Assembly: GCA_951804945.1 (NCBI GenBank)
Contig: OX638164.1
Location: 29,760,001 to 29,824,000 of the forward strand
Origin: Podarcis cretensis
Lineage: Eukaryota
Length of the DNA: 64,000 nt
Reading direction: 5' to 3'
Shown here: piece after piece, positions 22,918 to 39,030 of the stretch
Numbering within the stretch: the first letter of the stretch is position 1
Layout: each line of letters starts with the position of its first letter
Made by a program: the position numbers and the translations under genes
The notes under the pieces: model-generated
What the model saw: only the letters and a program-made list of their open reading frames with translations
The model's database searches: none
Told to the model about the DNA's origin: nothing

Positions 22918-25900
22918 TTACAGGATCTCATACTTGTCCACGAGGAAGGTGGTCTCTGTGGAGAATCTCACAGGACTGTTCCCATCTACCTGGGTCACTT
23001 TGGTAACCTGCAGAGAGGAAGCCATATGGTCAGTCAAGATGAAATAGCCTACTACTGGTCTTGGATCAAATTGCTCTTGTGGTACAGCGGTACCTTGGTT
23101 CTCAAACAACTTGGAACCCAAACACTGCAAACCTGGAAATAAGTGTACTGGTTTGCGAACTTTTTTCAAAAGGCGAACTTGCTCCGTTTTGAGCATTACG
23201 CTTCTGAATTGAGTGCCACACTTCCTTGTTGTTACGCTGAGGTCTGTCTGTTTTTGCTACGTTTTTGTGGCTCTTTTTGTGTGTGAATGTGTGGAACCCA
23301 GTTCAGCTACAGTTTGACTGATTGTGTGATTGCAGTACACTGTTTATTGCTTTCATTTTATAGATCAATGATCTCATTTGATAGTAAAATTCATGTTAAA
23401 TTGCTGCTTTAGGGGTTGTTTTTAAAAGTCTGGAATGGATTAATCCATTTTGCATTACTTTCTATGGGAAAGTGTGCCTTGGTTTTGGAATGCTTTGGTT
23501 TTGGAACGGACTTCAGAAATGGATTAAGTTTGAGAACCAAGGTACCACTGCACATGCTATGAGACCAAAACAACTCTCAAGGTATGCTGACCTGTGCCTC
23601 TCCCTTGCACACTTCACCTCCCAAAGTGAAGGAGACACTTTGAGGAAACATTATTAGCCTATAAAGGAACAAGGACAATCTACACCAATGTGTCCTTTAC
23701 ACACAAAGTCATGGTGCCAAATAGGATACACCTCAAGGGGAGCCCCCCCCCATTGCATGCAGAAGACCTGTATTCACTTCCAGTTAAAAAGCTTATGCAT
23801 CCCCACCCACGTTCCTGCCCTAGACAGTGTTTGTGGGGGAAGGGTGTGGCTTGCCAGCTGTTCTGGGTGCCTTAGCACACAATTGCCAGGCAGCCCCCTG
23901 CCCCCTTGGGAGCTATACCACTGCCAGGAGGATCCTTTTCCCACCTCTGCATTTTCAACGTTGGAAAGGAAAGCCGATTGCTCATCACACTTGCCAGATG
24001 GAGAGCATAATTGTGGGCCATATGGAAAGCCAGGGTATTTTCCAAAATAGAAGCGGGCAGCGAACACAGCCTCCACTCGAGGCACTTCCCAGACTCACCT
24101 GGATGTTGCAGTAGTTCTTCTTGGAGACGAACGAGACGTGCACAGGAAAGAAGTCATTTGGCTGCCCGTTGATGCTGAACTCCAGGCTGCCACTCTTGTT
24201 TTTGGCATCGATCACAGGCAGGCACCACTCAAGGATGTTTCTCCGGCTGTCGTGGCGATACTCGCCATCAATCTCCCCAATCACAGGAGCACCCACGTTG
24301 GACCTACAGAAGCAGCAGCGAGTGACCACTCAACTCCCTTGCATCAAGGCTGACCTTGCAGCTGGTGGGTGAATTGGGGATCAGGAGGTGCAATGGGTAC
24401 TCACGGCAAAGGGATGGCGATCACCACGTCATTTAACTCCAGGTTCTCCTCTTGCAGCTCATACTCAATGTTGACATCACAGCCACTCCCGCTCTCTGAT
24501 GGCCAGCAGTTAACTAAGACACAAAAAGCACCCCTGCTCATCACATGACCTTCTGCCAGCAGCAATGGGCTCTCCTGAACAGGGACAGGAGGAATGTCTA
24601 CTGAACCAAGGGAGCTGTGCCTGGTTCTAGGCTAATGGGAGTGTTATGTCCACCAGCCCCTCCTCAACGCCCAACCAGATGTGCTCACACTTACTTGTCA
24701 GTGGAATGAATGACTCCTCTGTGGTCTGCAGCCGCCACTTCAGGACTCCCACATCACTATTTATGGGGAAAGACTTCTCTGGGTTCTTCAGGCCAATCAA
24801 GGACTCTGTCGTAAAAAGCTTCTTGTCAACATTGGGGTGAGTCTGAAAAGAAAAAACTGGTAAGATTAATCTGTAGATCCAAAAATTAACCGTGCCATGC
24901 TCCAAATTCTGGAAGACTTTTACTAGATTAGCACAATAGCCTGCCACTCAAATCTAGAAAGCATTGCCCATGCACAGCATAGACAGGCTGGGAAGCTCCT
25001 GGTGAATCATTCGTAGCCAAAGCCTACCATAAGAATATACAATTTTTTTCTGTATTGTCACCATTGTTTACCTCAGTTCCTCAGACTCCCATCCTGTGAA
25101 AGATAGTTCAGGCACAGAGATTTGCCCAATATCTTCCACTGTGAAGACTGGTACATAGAATTAATTCAGCTTCTTTGGTAACTCCCTTCTCTTCAGCACA
25201 CATTTGACTCCCTTGTCAACCAAAGGCTTAGCCACCTTCCTAGCCAGTCTCTAATACTACCATTACTCAAGATTTTTTAATTGTTGGTTTCTATGTTTTC
25301 AGAAATTTGCTCTTGCACTCTCAGTGTCTTGTTCTACCCCTGCCCTGTTTAACCCATCACACATGTTTTTGACTTAAATCTTCAGCCCTATTCCAAACCT
25401 AATGCTCTTTAGCTCCTACTGGCTTTATACCTGCCATCAAATTCTCCCCTCAAAGACAGACCTTGGAGTACTGCTAACATCAGAATCAAGTGCAGCAGAG
25501 CTCTAAATAAGGATGCCCTCCACCCCACCCATGGAGCTCAATTAAACCCCACAACTTGTATCACGGACAGCACCTTTCCACCTGCAAGGGTGGTAGTAGG
25601 AGCAGCAAGGCCAGCCATACCTGGAGCTGCACCCCTTTCTTGTCCTCATTCTCAACGTGGATGCGAATCCGGGAAAACTTTTCATCCAGGATCCGCAGCA
25701 TGATCATGCCGTGGAGCTCCATGTTCTGCAGCCCTCCATCCCGGCCGCAGGTGAGCGAGATCTTCTCCTCTATTTTCATGTGCACACTAGAGAAGAGAAA
25801 GCCTGAATCACCCCCATGCATAGCTCTGCACTGCCTTTCCTTTGGCAAAAGTAGGTGGGCCCAAACAGGATGTGGAGGTTTCGCTCCCACTGGAATGGCC

Positions 25901-28900
25901 CTCCTTCCAAGAGCGAATCTCCCCAGGCTTTGCTAGACTAGATGAGCTGCTTGCATTTCCCATCCTTTAACCTGTTCCCCTCTCCAACCCCAACATCCTT
26001 CCCTCCAATCCCTGTGGCTCAGGGTAGTGACTGGATCAACCCCCCCCCCACGCCGTGTTATGTGCAGGACTTATACCTCAAAGAGATATCTCTCACTCCT
26101 CATTGGGACACACTCTGGGCACCTGCCCAAAATTCTGTCAACTCCCAAGAAAGCCACCCCCCAAAAGGAAGGTTAAAGTTGATGATACCAGGTGGTCTAG
26201 GAAACCACTCTGAATCCCAGCCACAGTTTCACTGTCTTCTCCCACTGCAGAACACAAAAACCTACCTCTCCATGTTGATGGGTGGAGCTAGAACAGTGGC
26301 TGCTTCTGAGGATCGCTTGCCAACCAAAGTGACAATGTTTTCTCCTTCAGAATTTAGCTTGTCCACAAAATTGTCCACTTCCTTCCCTTTTGCGCCAAGC
26401 TTGAGTGCCTTGTTTGAACCAGATGGCCTAAGAAACAAAAAGCAGTGCAGAAGTTTTTGAGACATCCTTTCTCCATAGAAAGAACCCAGAGAGTGTCTGA
26501 GATTCATAGTGGCAGTGCTGCTACAGCCTTCCCCTTATCCTCATGCTCTAAAGTTGCCCTCTCAGGAAGGAAACACACACGGATCGTATGTACAGTATGG
26601 CCACCAGAGAGCAAACATGTCATTCAGCTACTTGGGAGACACCAAAGCAGCCCTCCACAAGAACAGTTGAAGAAACCCAGAGGATCCAGATTGGAGCACC
26701 ATCAACAGTCTCAAAAAGACCCAGAACTCTCCCACTTCTGAAGGTGGCCACTCATAGCAACAAGAGGTCCACAAGCCCTCACCTGCTTCTTGCCCAACCT
26801 TTATACCTGGTAGGTGCTGGAGTCACTTTTGGTCGCTCCGTCTCAATGATGGTTTCGGTAATCATGGCAGCTGTGCTGCCTCCTGACATGGCAGAGCTTC
26901 CAAAACCACCAAACCCTGGTGCTTTGGTGCCCCGGCGCTCAGCATCCCTTCGAGCTTGCTGCAGTTCCTTGGCTTTCCGACGCATCTCTGCTTTGGCCTC
27001 CCGCTCCTGAGTCTACATATACAAATGAGAAGAAGAGGACAAGAAAGGAATTGATGGCCTGGACCAAATGCACCAGAGTACTGGGCCTGGAGGCCACAGA
27101 AAGCTTTTGGCCTACCTCACGGACAGCTCTGAAGACTTTCTCCTCATGAGAGTCCATCTCAGTAAAAGTGCGGATCTGGGCCAGGTTGACGTTTTCCCGG
27201 TAGCCAAGGGCAACAATCTCATCAAAGGCAAATATCAGATCAAAGCAGTGCTCAGAGATCTCATTCTCCTCCAGGGCTCGGCAGTATTCTGGGATCTGGA
27301 GGGAGTCGGGGAAAATGGCATTCTAATGAGGCAAGGCAACCATGGCCAAAACCCACTCCACACATCTTCCTAGACTTGCAAAGTCCCCAAAGCCTCTACA
27401 CCTTTAGCTGAACCTCATTGGTCCAGGAGCCTGTTTCAAGGGCAAACATTCTCCCAGCTAGCACCCCACACTTATCCTAATGTGATCAGGTGGATCAGCT
27501 CTTCACTTTCCAATTCCAGTATCAAATAAGTAAACACAGCAATGCAACCCAAGCAAAAAGCAAGCTCCATAGGACAGCTGCTCCATGTGCAAACCCTCCC
27601 TCCCCCCTGGGTATTTTGCAAGCCAGGCAGCTTGAAGCAAGATCCTCACCACTCTAGAGAAAAGCCGGAGAGTTTCAAGGTCCTCCAGGATGTTGCTGTT
27701 TTTTGTGGTGATCAGGACCATGTAGAGTTTCTCCATGGGCTGGTAGACGTAGCGGACACTCTCTGTCTCTACGAATGTGTGCTGCTTCCCTGTGTTCATG
27801 AGCTTGGGGAAGGCTGCCAGCAGCCCCTCAATGCGGGTCCGTGTCATCTCTACAAACTGGCGTGAGACGATCGCCTTTCCGGCTTTCGTACAGACGGCAG
27901 CTGCCAAGAGCACCTGTGGGGACAAGAGCTTTTGTCAGCCTCATAACTACATAGAAAAAATAAGAGCCTTTCAGTTGAATCAGTGGTCAGCCAGATACCT
28001 ATGTGAAGCCTGGAACAGGGCCTTATGATTAGGGCTGGGTGGTATATCAATATATCATCCAACACCGGTTTGAAGTCCACATCGTGATGTTGCTTTCATA
28101 ATTTTTGACCTGGCAATATATCACGAATCATGGTGTGTGTGTGTGTGTGTGTGTACTTTGCAAAAATCACAATGTGGGAAAAACCGTGAAGTCACCCAAA
28201 GCTACTCTCGATTTCTGCAGTCCCCGTTAACTCAGCCAGCTCAGCTCTCGCCGGCAAAAATCATGATGCGGGGAAAACTGTGAAGCCAGCATATGCTGCT
28301 ACACAGTAGTTCCATCCTTATTTCAGACATGATATATCGGTATATTGTGATGTTTAGCTGGTGAAACACCACGATGTTGAAAACTAGGTATCACCCAGCC
28401 CTACTGACAACTGGTAAGCAGGTGGAGGTAATATACAGGAACTGTGCCTAATAGCCATCATTAGCATTTTCCTTCCTTTCCTGCCTTATGAGCAAGGGGC
28501 AAAGGTTCACACAAAGCCTGTCATCTTCTTCCTATAACTCAAGGAGGCCTCTGCCTGAACTTTGCTGCTGAAGAGCCACGTTTAATTCACTGCCACGAGG
28601 TAGCCTTGCTCAGACCAATGTCACTCAGCCTAATCAACCTCAGAAAGCTGTTGTGTGAAGAGCCACCATTGTGCTGAATTATAACATCTCAAAAGTCAAA
28701 GGTTTGTCTTAAGGAGATCCAAATCAGCTGGCCTGTGAAAACCATGGCATAAAGTTAAAAAATCTGAAATTGCCACGATTTGTGATTCATGCCCAAATAA
28801 TCTGCAATTATATATAAATATATATATATATAGCAATACAATAATCCATATACTTGACATAAATGGAGAGATTTTCTATATTATCCAATCCAAAACTCAA

Positions 28901-29644
28901 CTTGCCCAACCTTTTGCTCTAAACTAGTTTTGCAACATGATTTGCACAAAAAAAGAACCCTGCTGCTTCATCCTTGGCCAAGCTAACGGCTTCCACAAAT
29001 ACTCCGCAACTCCTGGCGTTTGACACAGGCTTTTGCAAACCGTGAAACATTTTGACACCAGCAAACTCACTGGTGGCTATGTTTACCCTCCTCTCTCCCC
29101 CAGTCTAGTTTCCCTACCAGAGGAAAACCTGGTGGTTTTTTTGTGGAGCAAGTGAAAAGTGCAATTGCAAGATTTCTGTGCCTACCAGTTGCAGGACGCC
29201 TTTCTCAGTCCCAGCTTGGAAGTAGTATCATCGCGACAGACTCAAGGCTGCCTCTTGTGACACGTTACCTTCCACCGGCAGCCACCGGCTCACGGAGGGA
29301 GGTGTTTGGGTGGCGCAGGCGGAGGCGGAGGCCCTTGAAAAGCAGGCAGGCTCCGGAGGGGCTTCCACAGGCCCTCCTCCACCTTCGGCCTCGGAAAGAC
29401 GCCCCCCTCGCCCCGGGAAGCAGCGCTTCGCCCGCGGTGTCTTGGGAGGCGGCCAGGCAGCCGGCAACGGGCGACCGAGGAGCACCCAGAGCCGACTGCC
29501 CGCTGCTCACAAGGGAGGCCGGAGAAGGAGGAGCCCCATGGAGGCCAACGGGATCGAGCAGGGCCTGCCGACACCCCCCTCCTCCCCCAGTAGCAGCCGC
29601 TGACCGCGGAGGGCAGCGGGAGGCCCCGGCCGGATACTCACCAT
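22918..29644 (-). CDS. ARCN1: Coatomer subunit delta (archain 1, delta-COP), complete CDS, 510 aa
   Basis: Exons (minus): 29644-29642 (ATG only), 27913-27650, 27295-27116, 27012-26807, 26427-26266, 25786-25621, 24842-24695, 24513-24405, 24303-24099, 23007-22918; total 1533 nt, all GT-AG. Peptides [32 protein letters not shown]..., [10 protein letters not shown]..., ...[15 protein letters not shown] match delta-COP (longin domain plus mu-homology domain). Confidence 0.99.
23085..23550. mobile_element. Tigger-like MITE in the last intron of ARCN1
   Basis: 23-bp TIRs CAGCGGTACCTTGGTTCTCAAAC / GTTTGAGAACCAAGGTACCACTG; TA on the left, CA (probably a mutated TA) on the right. Confidence 0.9.
28030..28403. 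mobile_element. Non-autonomous hAT-like DNA transposon in ARCN1 intron 1
   Basis: TIRs TAGGGCTGGGTGGTA / TATCACCCAGCCCTA; internal (TG)n and duplicated CAAAAATCA...GTGAAG units. TSD degenerate. Confidence 0.75.
28133..28155 (+). repeat. (TG)n microsatellite
   Basis: About 11 TG units inside the hAT-like element. Confidence 0.9.
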
Positions 29645-30620
29645 GGCGAAGGTGACGGCGAAGATGGCAGCAGCGGCAGCGGCGTCTCCGTTTCCTCCTC
29701 TCCCCTCCGGGCCGAGCACCTCTCCGCTCCTTCTGCCTGCCACACAAGATGGCGGCCCCGAGCCACGTCTCCCAGGCGGAAGCGGCGGCGTCACGCACGC
29801 AGAGGGCACGCCGCCACGCCCCTCGCCCCAACGGGTGTCCGCCAGGCCCCGCCCACCCGAGCCCATTCGCCGGTGGCAGCGCCGCCGCCGCCCTCCCTAC
29901 CGGTAGGGGCCGCTGCATCCCCTCGCTCGCTCCTTGGCCACTCTAGCGGGAGGAAGGCGAGTTCTCGCGAGGGCCTCGTCTCCCGTTTCCCTGGAGACGG
30001 GGCCGCCTAGGCCTCGCTCGCTCGCTCGCGGGGAAGACTTGGTCCTACTTGGCGATATGGCGGGTGCGCCGCCGCCTCCCGCAGCGCCGCCTGAGGCCGG
30101 CCTACAGGTGAGGGAGGGCGAGCCTTTCGCGGGCTGGGTGCTCAAGGGGGTCCGGCTCACGTCCTGTTTCTCGTAGACGCGGATCGTGGAGAACCAGCCT
30201 TACGATGAGAGCCTGGACGTCAACGAGACGGAGGACGTGGCCAGCATCTACGCGCCCAGCCCTCCGCAGCCAGGTATGGGGGGCTGGGACAACAGGGGCA
30301 GCGCACACGGTCTGGGGGGTCGGGGGTCGCCCCCTCCGCCTCTGACTCGGTCCTTCTCTCCTGCCACCGTCTCAGGCCCTCGCCGCGTCCGCTCCCAGCA
30401 CAAGAGCCTGGCCGAAAATAGCAGCGAGGAGGACGATGAGGAGATACTCAAGGTACCCGCTGAGCAGCAGCCTCCTACCCCCTCCCGTCCCCTTCCTCCT
30501 GTTTCCTGCCTGGAGGGCCAAGGGAGCAGTGGACTGGGGCCGTGGTGGGGCTGATGGGGCCGCTTGAGGGCCGAGTTGGCTCCCACTCCTTCGCTTTCCC
30601 CCTCTCCCCCAGGAGAAGAA
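29230..30620. promoter_or_regulatory. CpG island, bidirectional ARCN1/IFT46 promoter
   Basis: Head-to-head ATGs at 29644 (-) and 30057 (+). YY1 motif CAAGATGGCGGC at 29745-29756, BANP-like TCTCGCGAGG at 29963-29972, X-box GTTTCCCTGGAGAC at 29985-29998. Confidence 0.9.
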
Positions 30621-33600
30621 GGCCTCCCAACTGGCCTCCCAGCCTCGTTTCAGTGGGAACGAGGTAGAAGATGAGGATGACGACTCTTCAGAGACGGACT
30701 CTGATGACGACGACGACGATGAAGAGCACGGCGCTCCTCTGGAGGGGTATTTGCCATGTGGGGAGGGGGAAGTTGGCTAGGAAGGGCATGTGCTTGGCCG
30801 CCAACATATTTGCAACTTGATAGTAAGCTTACATGCAGTTGTGCCCTAGTTTCCATTTGGCATGGCGTGTGCCAGCCTTGAAGACTAGACTGCCCAGGAA
30901 GATGCTTTCTAAGTCGATTGATTTTGGTGGGGCAAGGGATGCCTAACTCCTCCAAGGATCCAGTGAGCAAAAACAAGTCCTGGAGCCTTCCTTGGCCTTC
31001 AGTCTCTTTCACCCACACACTCCCTGCATAGGCCAGTTGGAAAGTTGAAAAGGTTCCTGTGTGATAACTTTCAAGCACTGAAGTCACACCTTTTAAGTGA
31101 GGCTTTGCTGGCTTCCAAAGTCCCCATATACTGTCATTTGGGTAGGATAGCAGTTCATAATATTGGGTTGGGGAACCTCTCGACCTCCAGATGATGCTGA
31201 ACTACAACGCCCATTACACCTGACCATTAACCACACTGGCAGCTGGGGCTGATTGGAGTTGGAGTCCGGCATCCTCTGAAAGGCCACCGATTGCCCACCA
31301 GTTCTGTAATATAGCAGCCAGGTAGAAGATGGTTGAATGTCCAAGCAGATCACGTGTCCCATGAATATAGTGGCTTAGCTAGACCAGTCAGTCTGTTTGC
31401 TGTTTTTGGCAGCCCCACCCCTATTAAACTGTGTGCTACATTAAATGTGTCTCTGTGTGCAACTTAAAAAATGGAGTGTGAGAATAATGCAGTTGCTGAG
31501 ATTGCAGCAGGTGTGGAAGAATGTAAACCTTCCCCGATGCGGTGTTTTGAAAGGTGCTATTTGCTTCATGGGGGAAATATCTTTGGCGCGTGGGGGTGGC
31601 AGTCTTGTTTAAGGGTGGTGGGGTGGATGGAGGAGAGTGAGAGTGCAAGCTGGCTTTTCTTTGTCTCTCCTTGGAGTCAGACTCTCCCTCACCCTGCCTT
31701 TGAACATATCCTATTTCCATTGCCTCCTGCCCAGCCTCATCACTGACTCTTTCCCCAGGGCATACAACTCAGCAGATTATGACTACCTGCCAGTCTCCCT
31801 GGAGATCAAGGAGCTTTTCCAGTACATCCGGAGGTGAGTTGTAATGTGGATCTTGGCTGCATTGTGGGCAGGCGTGTCTCTTTTCAGGCTTCTGCTCAAG
31901 GTGTCTTCTCCTCAGGTATTCTTCACAAATGATTGACCTGGAGCACAAGCTGAAACCTTTCATTCCAGACTTCATTCCAGCTGTTGGGGACATTGATGCC
32001 TTCTTAAAGGTATTGCATTCATTCTGACGCTCCTTTACATGCACCTAGCTGAGAACTGCCACACAGGACTCTTTCCCTGCAATGTCCATAGAGAACTGTC
32101 GCCTCTCTATGGAGGTGCAACAGGGCAGCACTGTCAATGCTTTGCCTCCATACCTACAGTCAACAGTGCTGAAAGGTTAGCTGCTTTGCAGAATCCTTGT
32201 AGATAAGTGGGAAGAATTTTTGTTGCGCTCAAGTGATGCTTATGGCTTTCCCACTGAGCATCTGCTTGGCCACTGAGAGGACAAAATGATGAACTAGAGG
32301 GGCCTTTGGTGTGACAGGGCAGCAAAGGTTTCTTTCAGATCCTTGGCTTTCTCAGCAGGCAGGGCCACATTTTGTTTGTTATAGTGATTGACCATTCCCA
32401 GCAGAAACTCTCTTGACCGGTCTTGTACCTGGGTGTGTACATGAAGAATAGAATAATGGAAACTCTCACATGCAAAGGACACCCTGGCTTGTTTCTCATA
32501 GGTTCCACGCCCTGATGGGAAGCCAGATAATCTTGGATTGCTGGTGCTGGATGAGCCATCGACCAAGCAGTCCGACCCCACTGTTCTCTCCCTCTGGTTA
32601 ACGGAAAACTCTAAGCAGCACAATGTGGCCGTAAGTGGCAGAGAGGGGGGGTGAAGCAACTCCTCTTGGATGCAAGGCAGCCCTTGGCTCTGTTGAGGAG
32701 GCACATTGGGGCATGTTCTGGTCTCTTGTTTCCAGCAGCAGATTAAAGTGAAGAGCCTGGAGAATGCTGAGAAGAATCCCAAAGCCATTGAGAGCTGGAT
32801 TGAGAGCATCAGTGAGCTGCATCGCTGCAAGCCCCCAGCTACAGTCCACTATGCTAGGTGGGCCTCTTCGAGGGAGGGATAAGGGCAAGGGCAAGGCCTG
32901 CCAGCACTCAGCCCCACCTTTGCTCTGTGCTGGGGGTGGAGGAAGAAAGCCACTCTGCAAATGCACCCTCTGTGTGGAGGAACCATGGCCATTTCAAGCT
33001 GCTCTCTGGTATTTCTTCCTTGTAGGCCCATGCCTGATATAGACACGCTGATGCAGGAGTGGTCCCCTGAGTTTGAAGAGCTGCTGGGAAAGGTAGTGTC
33101 TGCCAACTGTCCCCCTCTCCAACTTCTAGTTTTGGCCTGGCCTAAGAGAGGGGGATTGTCAGCAGGAGGGAGAAACTTGTGGGCCTCTAAAGAGATTCAA
33201 TGCAGAGAAAGAGAGTACTGAGCTAACCTTTCCCTCTCTGTTTTTCAGGTGAGCCTTCCCACTGCAGATATTAACTGCAGCCTGGGAGAATACACAGACA
33301 TGATATGTGGTGAGTTCCCTTTTGCTGATGTGGTGCTCACCTATGCCAAGCCTTTTAGGGGTAGAGATCTGCTCCAGTCGGTGTTGGAATTGGCCTCTTC
33401 TCAAAATGCCCCTCAGCTATGCACCACCCAGCAAGTGTCTCCTTGCTTTTTGGAATCAGACTAAATAGCCATTATTTTTTCTCTTCAGCTATTCTGGACA
33501 TTCCTGTCTACAAGGGCCATATCCAGTCCCTGCACACCCTTTTCTCCCTCTACTCAGAATTCAAAAATTCACAGGTAGGAGACACAAGGATCTGAAGAGC

Positions 33601-33845
33601 AGCAGCTCTGGTCTGGTGTCCATGTTCATGTGGGGGCACTGCTGAATGGATTGCTCCCTGAGTCTTTTCCCCAGCCTCACCTGGAGCGGCCTTGCCCTCA
33701 AGCTGCCTAAAATGATGGTGTTCTCCCTGCCCCCTTCTCTCTCCTGCAGCATTTCAAGGCTCTGGCTGAGGGCAAGAAGGTTGCAAGCCCTCCCTCCAAT
33801 CCCCCCTCACAGGCTGGCGAGACAGACATCCTGAGCTTTACCTGA
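30057..33845 (+). CDS. IFT46: Intraflagellar transport protein 46 (IFT-B core), complete CDS, 362 aa
   Basis: Exons (plus): 30057-30107, 30177-30273, 30376-30452, 30613-30746, 31759-31833, 31916-32009, 32502-32630, 32736-32857, 33026-33092, 33249-33309, 33489-33574, 33750-33845; total 1089 nt, all GT-AG, frame open throughout. Hallmarks: acidic tract, LKPFIPDFIPAVGDIDAFLKVPRPDGK, PMPDIDTLMQEWSPEFEELL, YSEFKNSQHF. The first exon is the least certain. Confidence 0.97.
31160..31300. mobile_element. Old MITE remnant
   Basis: GAACTACAACGCCCAT...GGCTGATTGGAGTTGGAGTCC palindromic core; a related remnant lies near 19585-19680. Confidence 0.55.
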
Positions 33846-34064
33846 GACGTCTCCCTTCCCGCCCCAGGTGGGACCTGTTCCAGAGAAGTGCCAGCCTGTG
33901 ATGCTGCAGGGCCCGAGGCCTTCTTGTTTGGGCAACTGCTATTCAGGCTTCCAGTGGACCTAATGGAGCACAGTCAGGATCTGGCTCAAGGGCCCCTGAC
34001 CACTAAGAAAGCCACCAGCATCTCATCTACCTTTCTTTGTACAGCTTCTGTGAGAATTTGCCTT

Positions 34065-34070
34065 ATTAAA
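34065..34070 (+). terminator. Probable IFT46 poly(A) signal (ATTAAA)
   Basis: ATTAAA about 220 nt after the stop codon, followed by T/GT-rich sequence. Confidence 0.6.
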
Positions 34071-34379
34071 GTTTTGCTCATAGTGCTACTTTGTCCTTGA
34101 AGGAGATTCACAGCTGTGGAGGGTAGGCTGCAGTCTGAGTTGTGGATGGACTCAGAACAATTTCAGAGTACTGTGGCTATTTGGGGCTCTTAAAGTGTCA
34201 TTTACCAGCTCAGACACTGGCCAGCTCAGCCCAATGAGCATTGCCAAACCTGTTAGTGGTGAACAGACACAATGTGTATTTCCTTCTGAGCCCTGCCTCT
34301 TTTGCCTGGGCTTAGGCTTTGGTTCCCTCCATTGGCTTTCTGAAGGGGAAGGACAGGGACGGCACTTTGATCACAGCCA

Positions 34380-34385
34380 TTTATT
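34380..34385 (-). terminator. Probable TMEM25 poly(A) signal (AATAAA)
   Basis: TTTATT on plus, about 460 nt after the TMEM25 stop. Confidence 0.5.
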
Positions 34386-34843
34386 TGTAAAGTGCAGAAG
34401 CTACAAAGCAGCATGCTTCAGCTCAGTTGACAGCAGCAGCGCCGGGGCTTGCCAGTTTCCCGGTGGCCTGGCTGGCCCCCTTCATGCCAAGGAAGAGCCA
34501 TCACATGCAGATTGAGCCATCCCTGAGGTTGGGAAGAGGAAGGAGGAGTGGGCCAACCGATGGCTATAGTGGGAGGGACGTTCTTCAGGGGAACACTAGT
34601 CACTTGGTGGGCCTAGAGATGTACTGCAGCTTGGGGTGGGGTGGGGGCAGCCCTTGGCAGCTGCAGGTCTTCCTTGGACCACAGTCATCAATATCCTCCT
34701 TTCAGGCACTGGGGCCTCACACATGGGATCTTGCTTTAGAGGTGCAAGGCCCCATCCCTGCAGTTCAAGCTGCCTTGGAAGTCCGCCTCCTCAGGACTTC
34801 CGCTGCTGCTCTTCACACCTGCTGGTGGGTGCAGCAACAGCCG

Positions 34844-38458
<3,615 letters not shown>

Positions 38459-38957
38459 ACGCCTCCTTGGCCGCCGGCCGGGCAGCAGGCAGGCGCTCCG
38501 AGGAGACGATCTTGATGGGCTCCAGTCGGCAGGACGCGGGGCCCGCGGGGTTCTGGCTCCCCACACTGCGGAGCCTGCACCGCGCAGCCCGGTCCCGTCG
38601 AGGCTGCGGCTGCAATGATTGGCCGGCAAGAGCTGCCCGCCGCTCCGCCTCCTCCTTCACGTGGGCTCCTTGGCAATCCCGGACTCTGGATCCTTCGCTC
38701 CGCCGTGTGTGCGGGAGGCGGCGGCGGCGGGAGCCTCACCACGCTTCGCAGGCGGGCGGAGGAGATTTGCTTCGTAGCAAACCCTCGAGGGCAAAATGGG
38801 CTGTCGGCCGCGAGCTTTTCCAGAGAACGGGGGAGGGGGAGGCGCCTCTGCCAGCTGCCCCCCCCCTCCACTGGCCCCTATCCGCTGCATGACGAAGAGG
38901 TGCTCTGCCAGAACTGTCTGGCTGGCTCCTCCTTATTCCAAAGCAGTCTATCCCTAA

Positions 38958-39030
38958 CATTCTTGCGTTGTAGGGGGTTGGACTAGATGACCCTCGGGTG
39001 TCCCTTGCAACTCTACAATTCTTTGACTCC
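38958..39030 (+). mobile_element. Short CR1 3' end
   Basis: GGGGGTTGGACTAGATGACCCTC...CAACTCTACAATTC. Confidence 0.65.
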
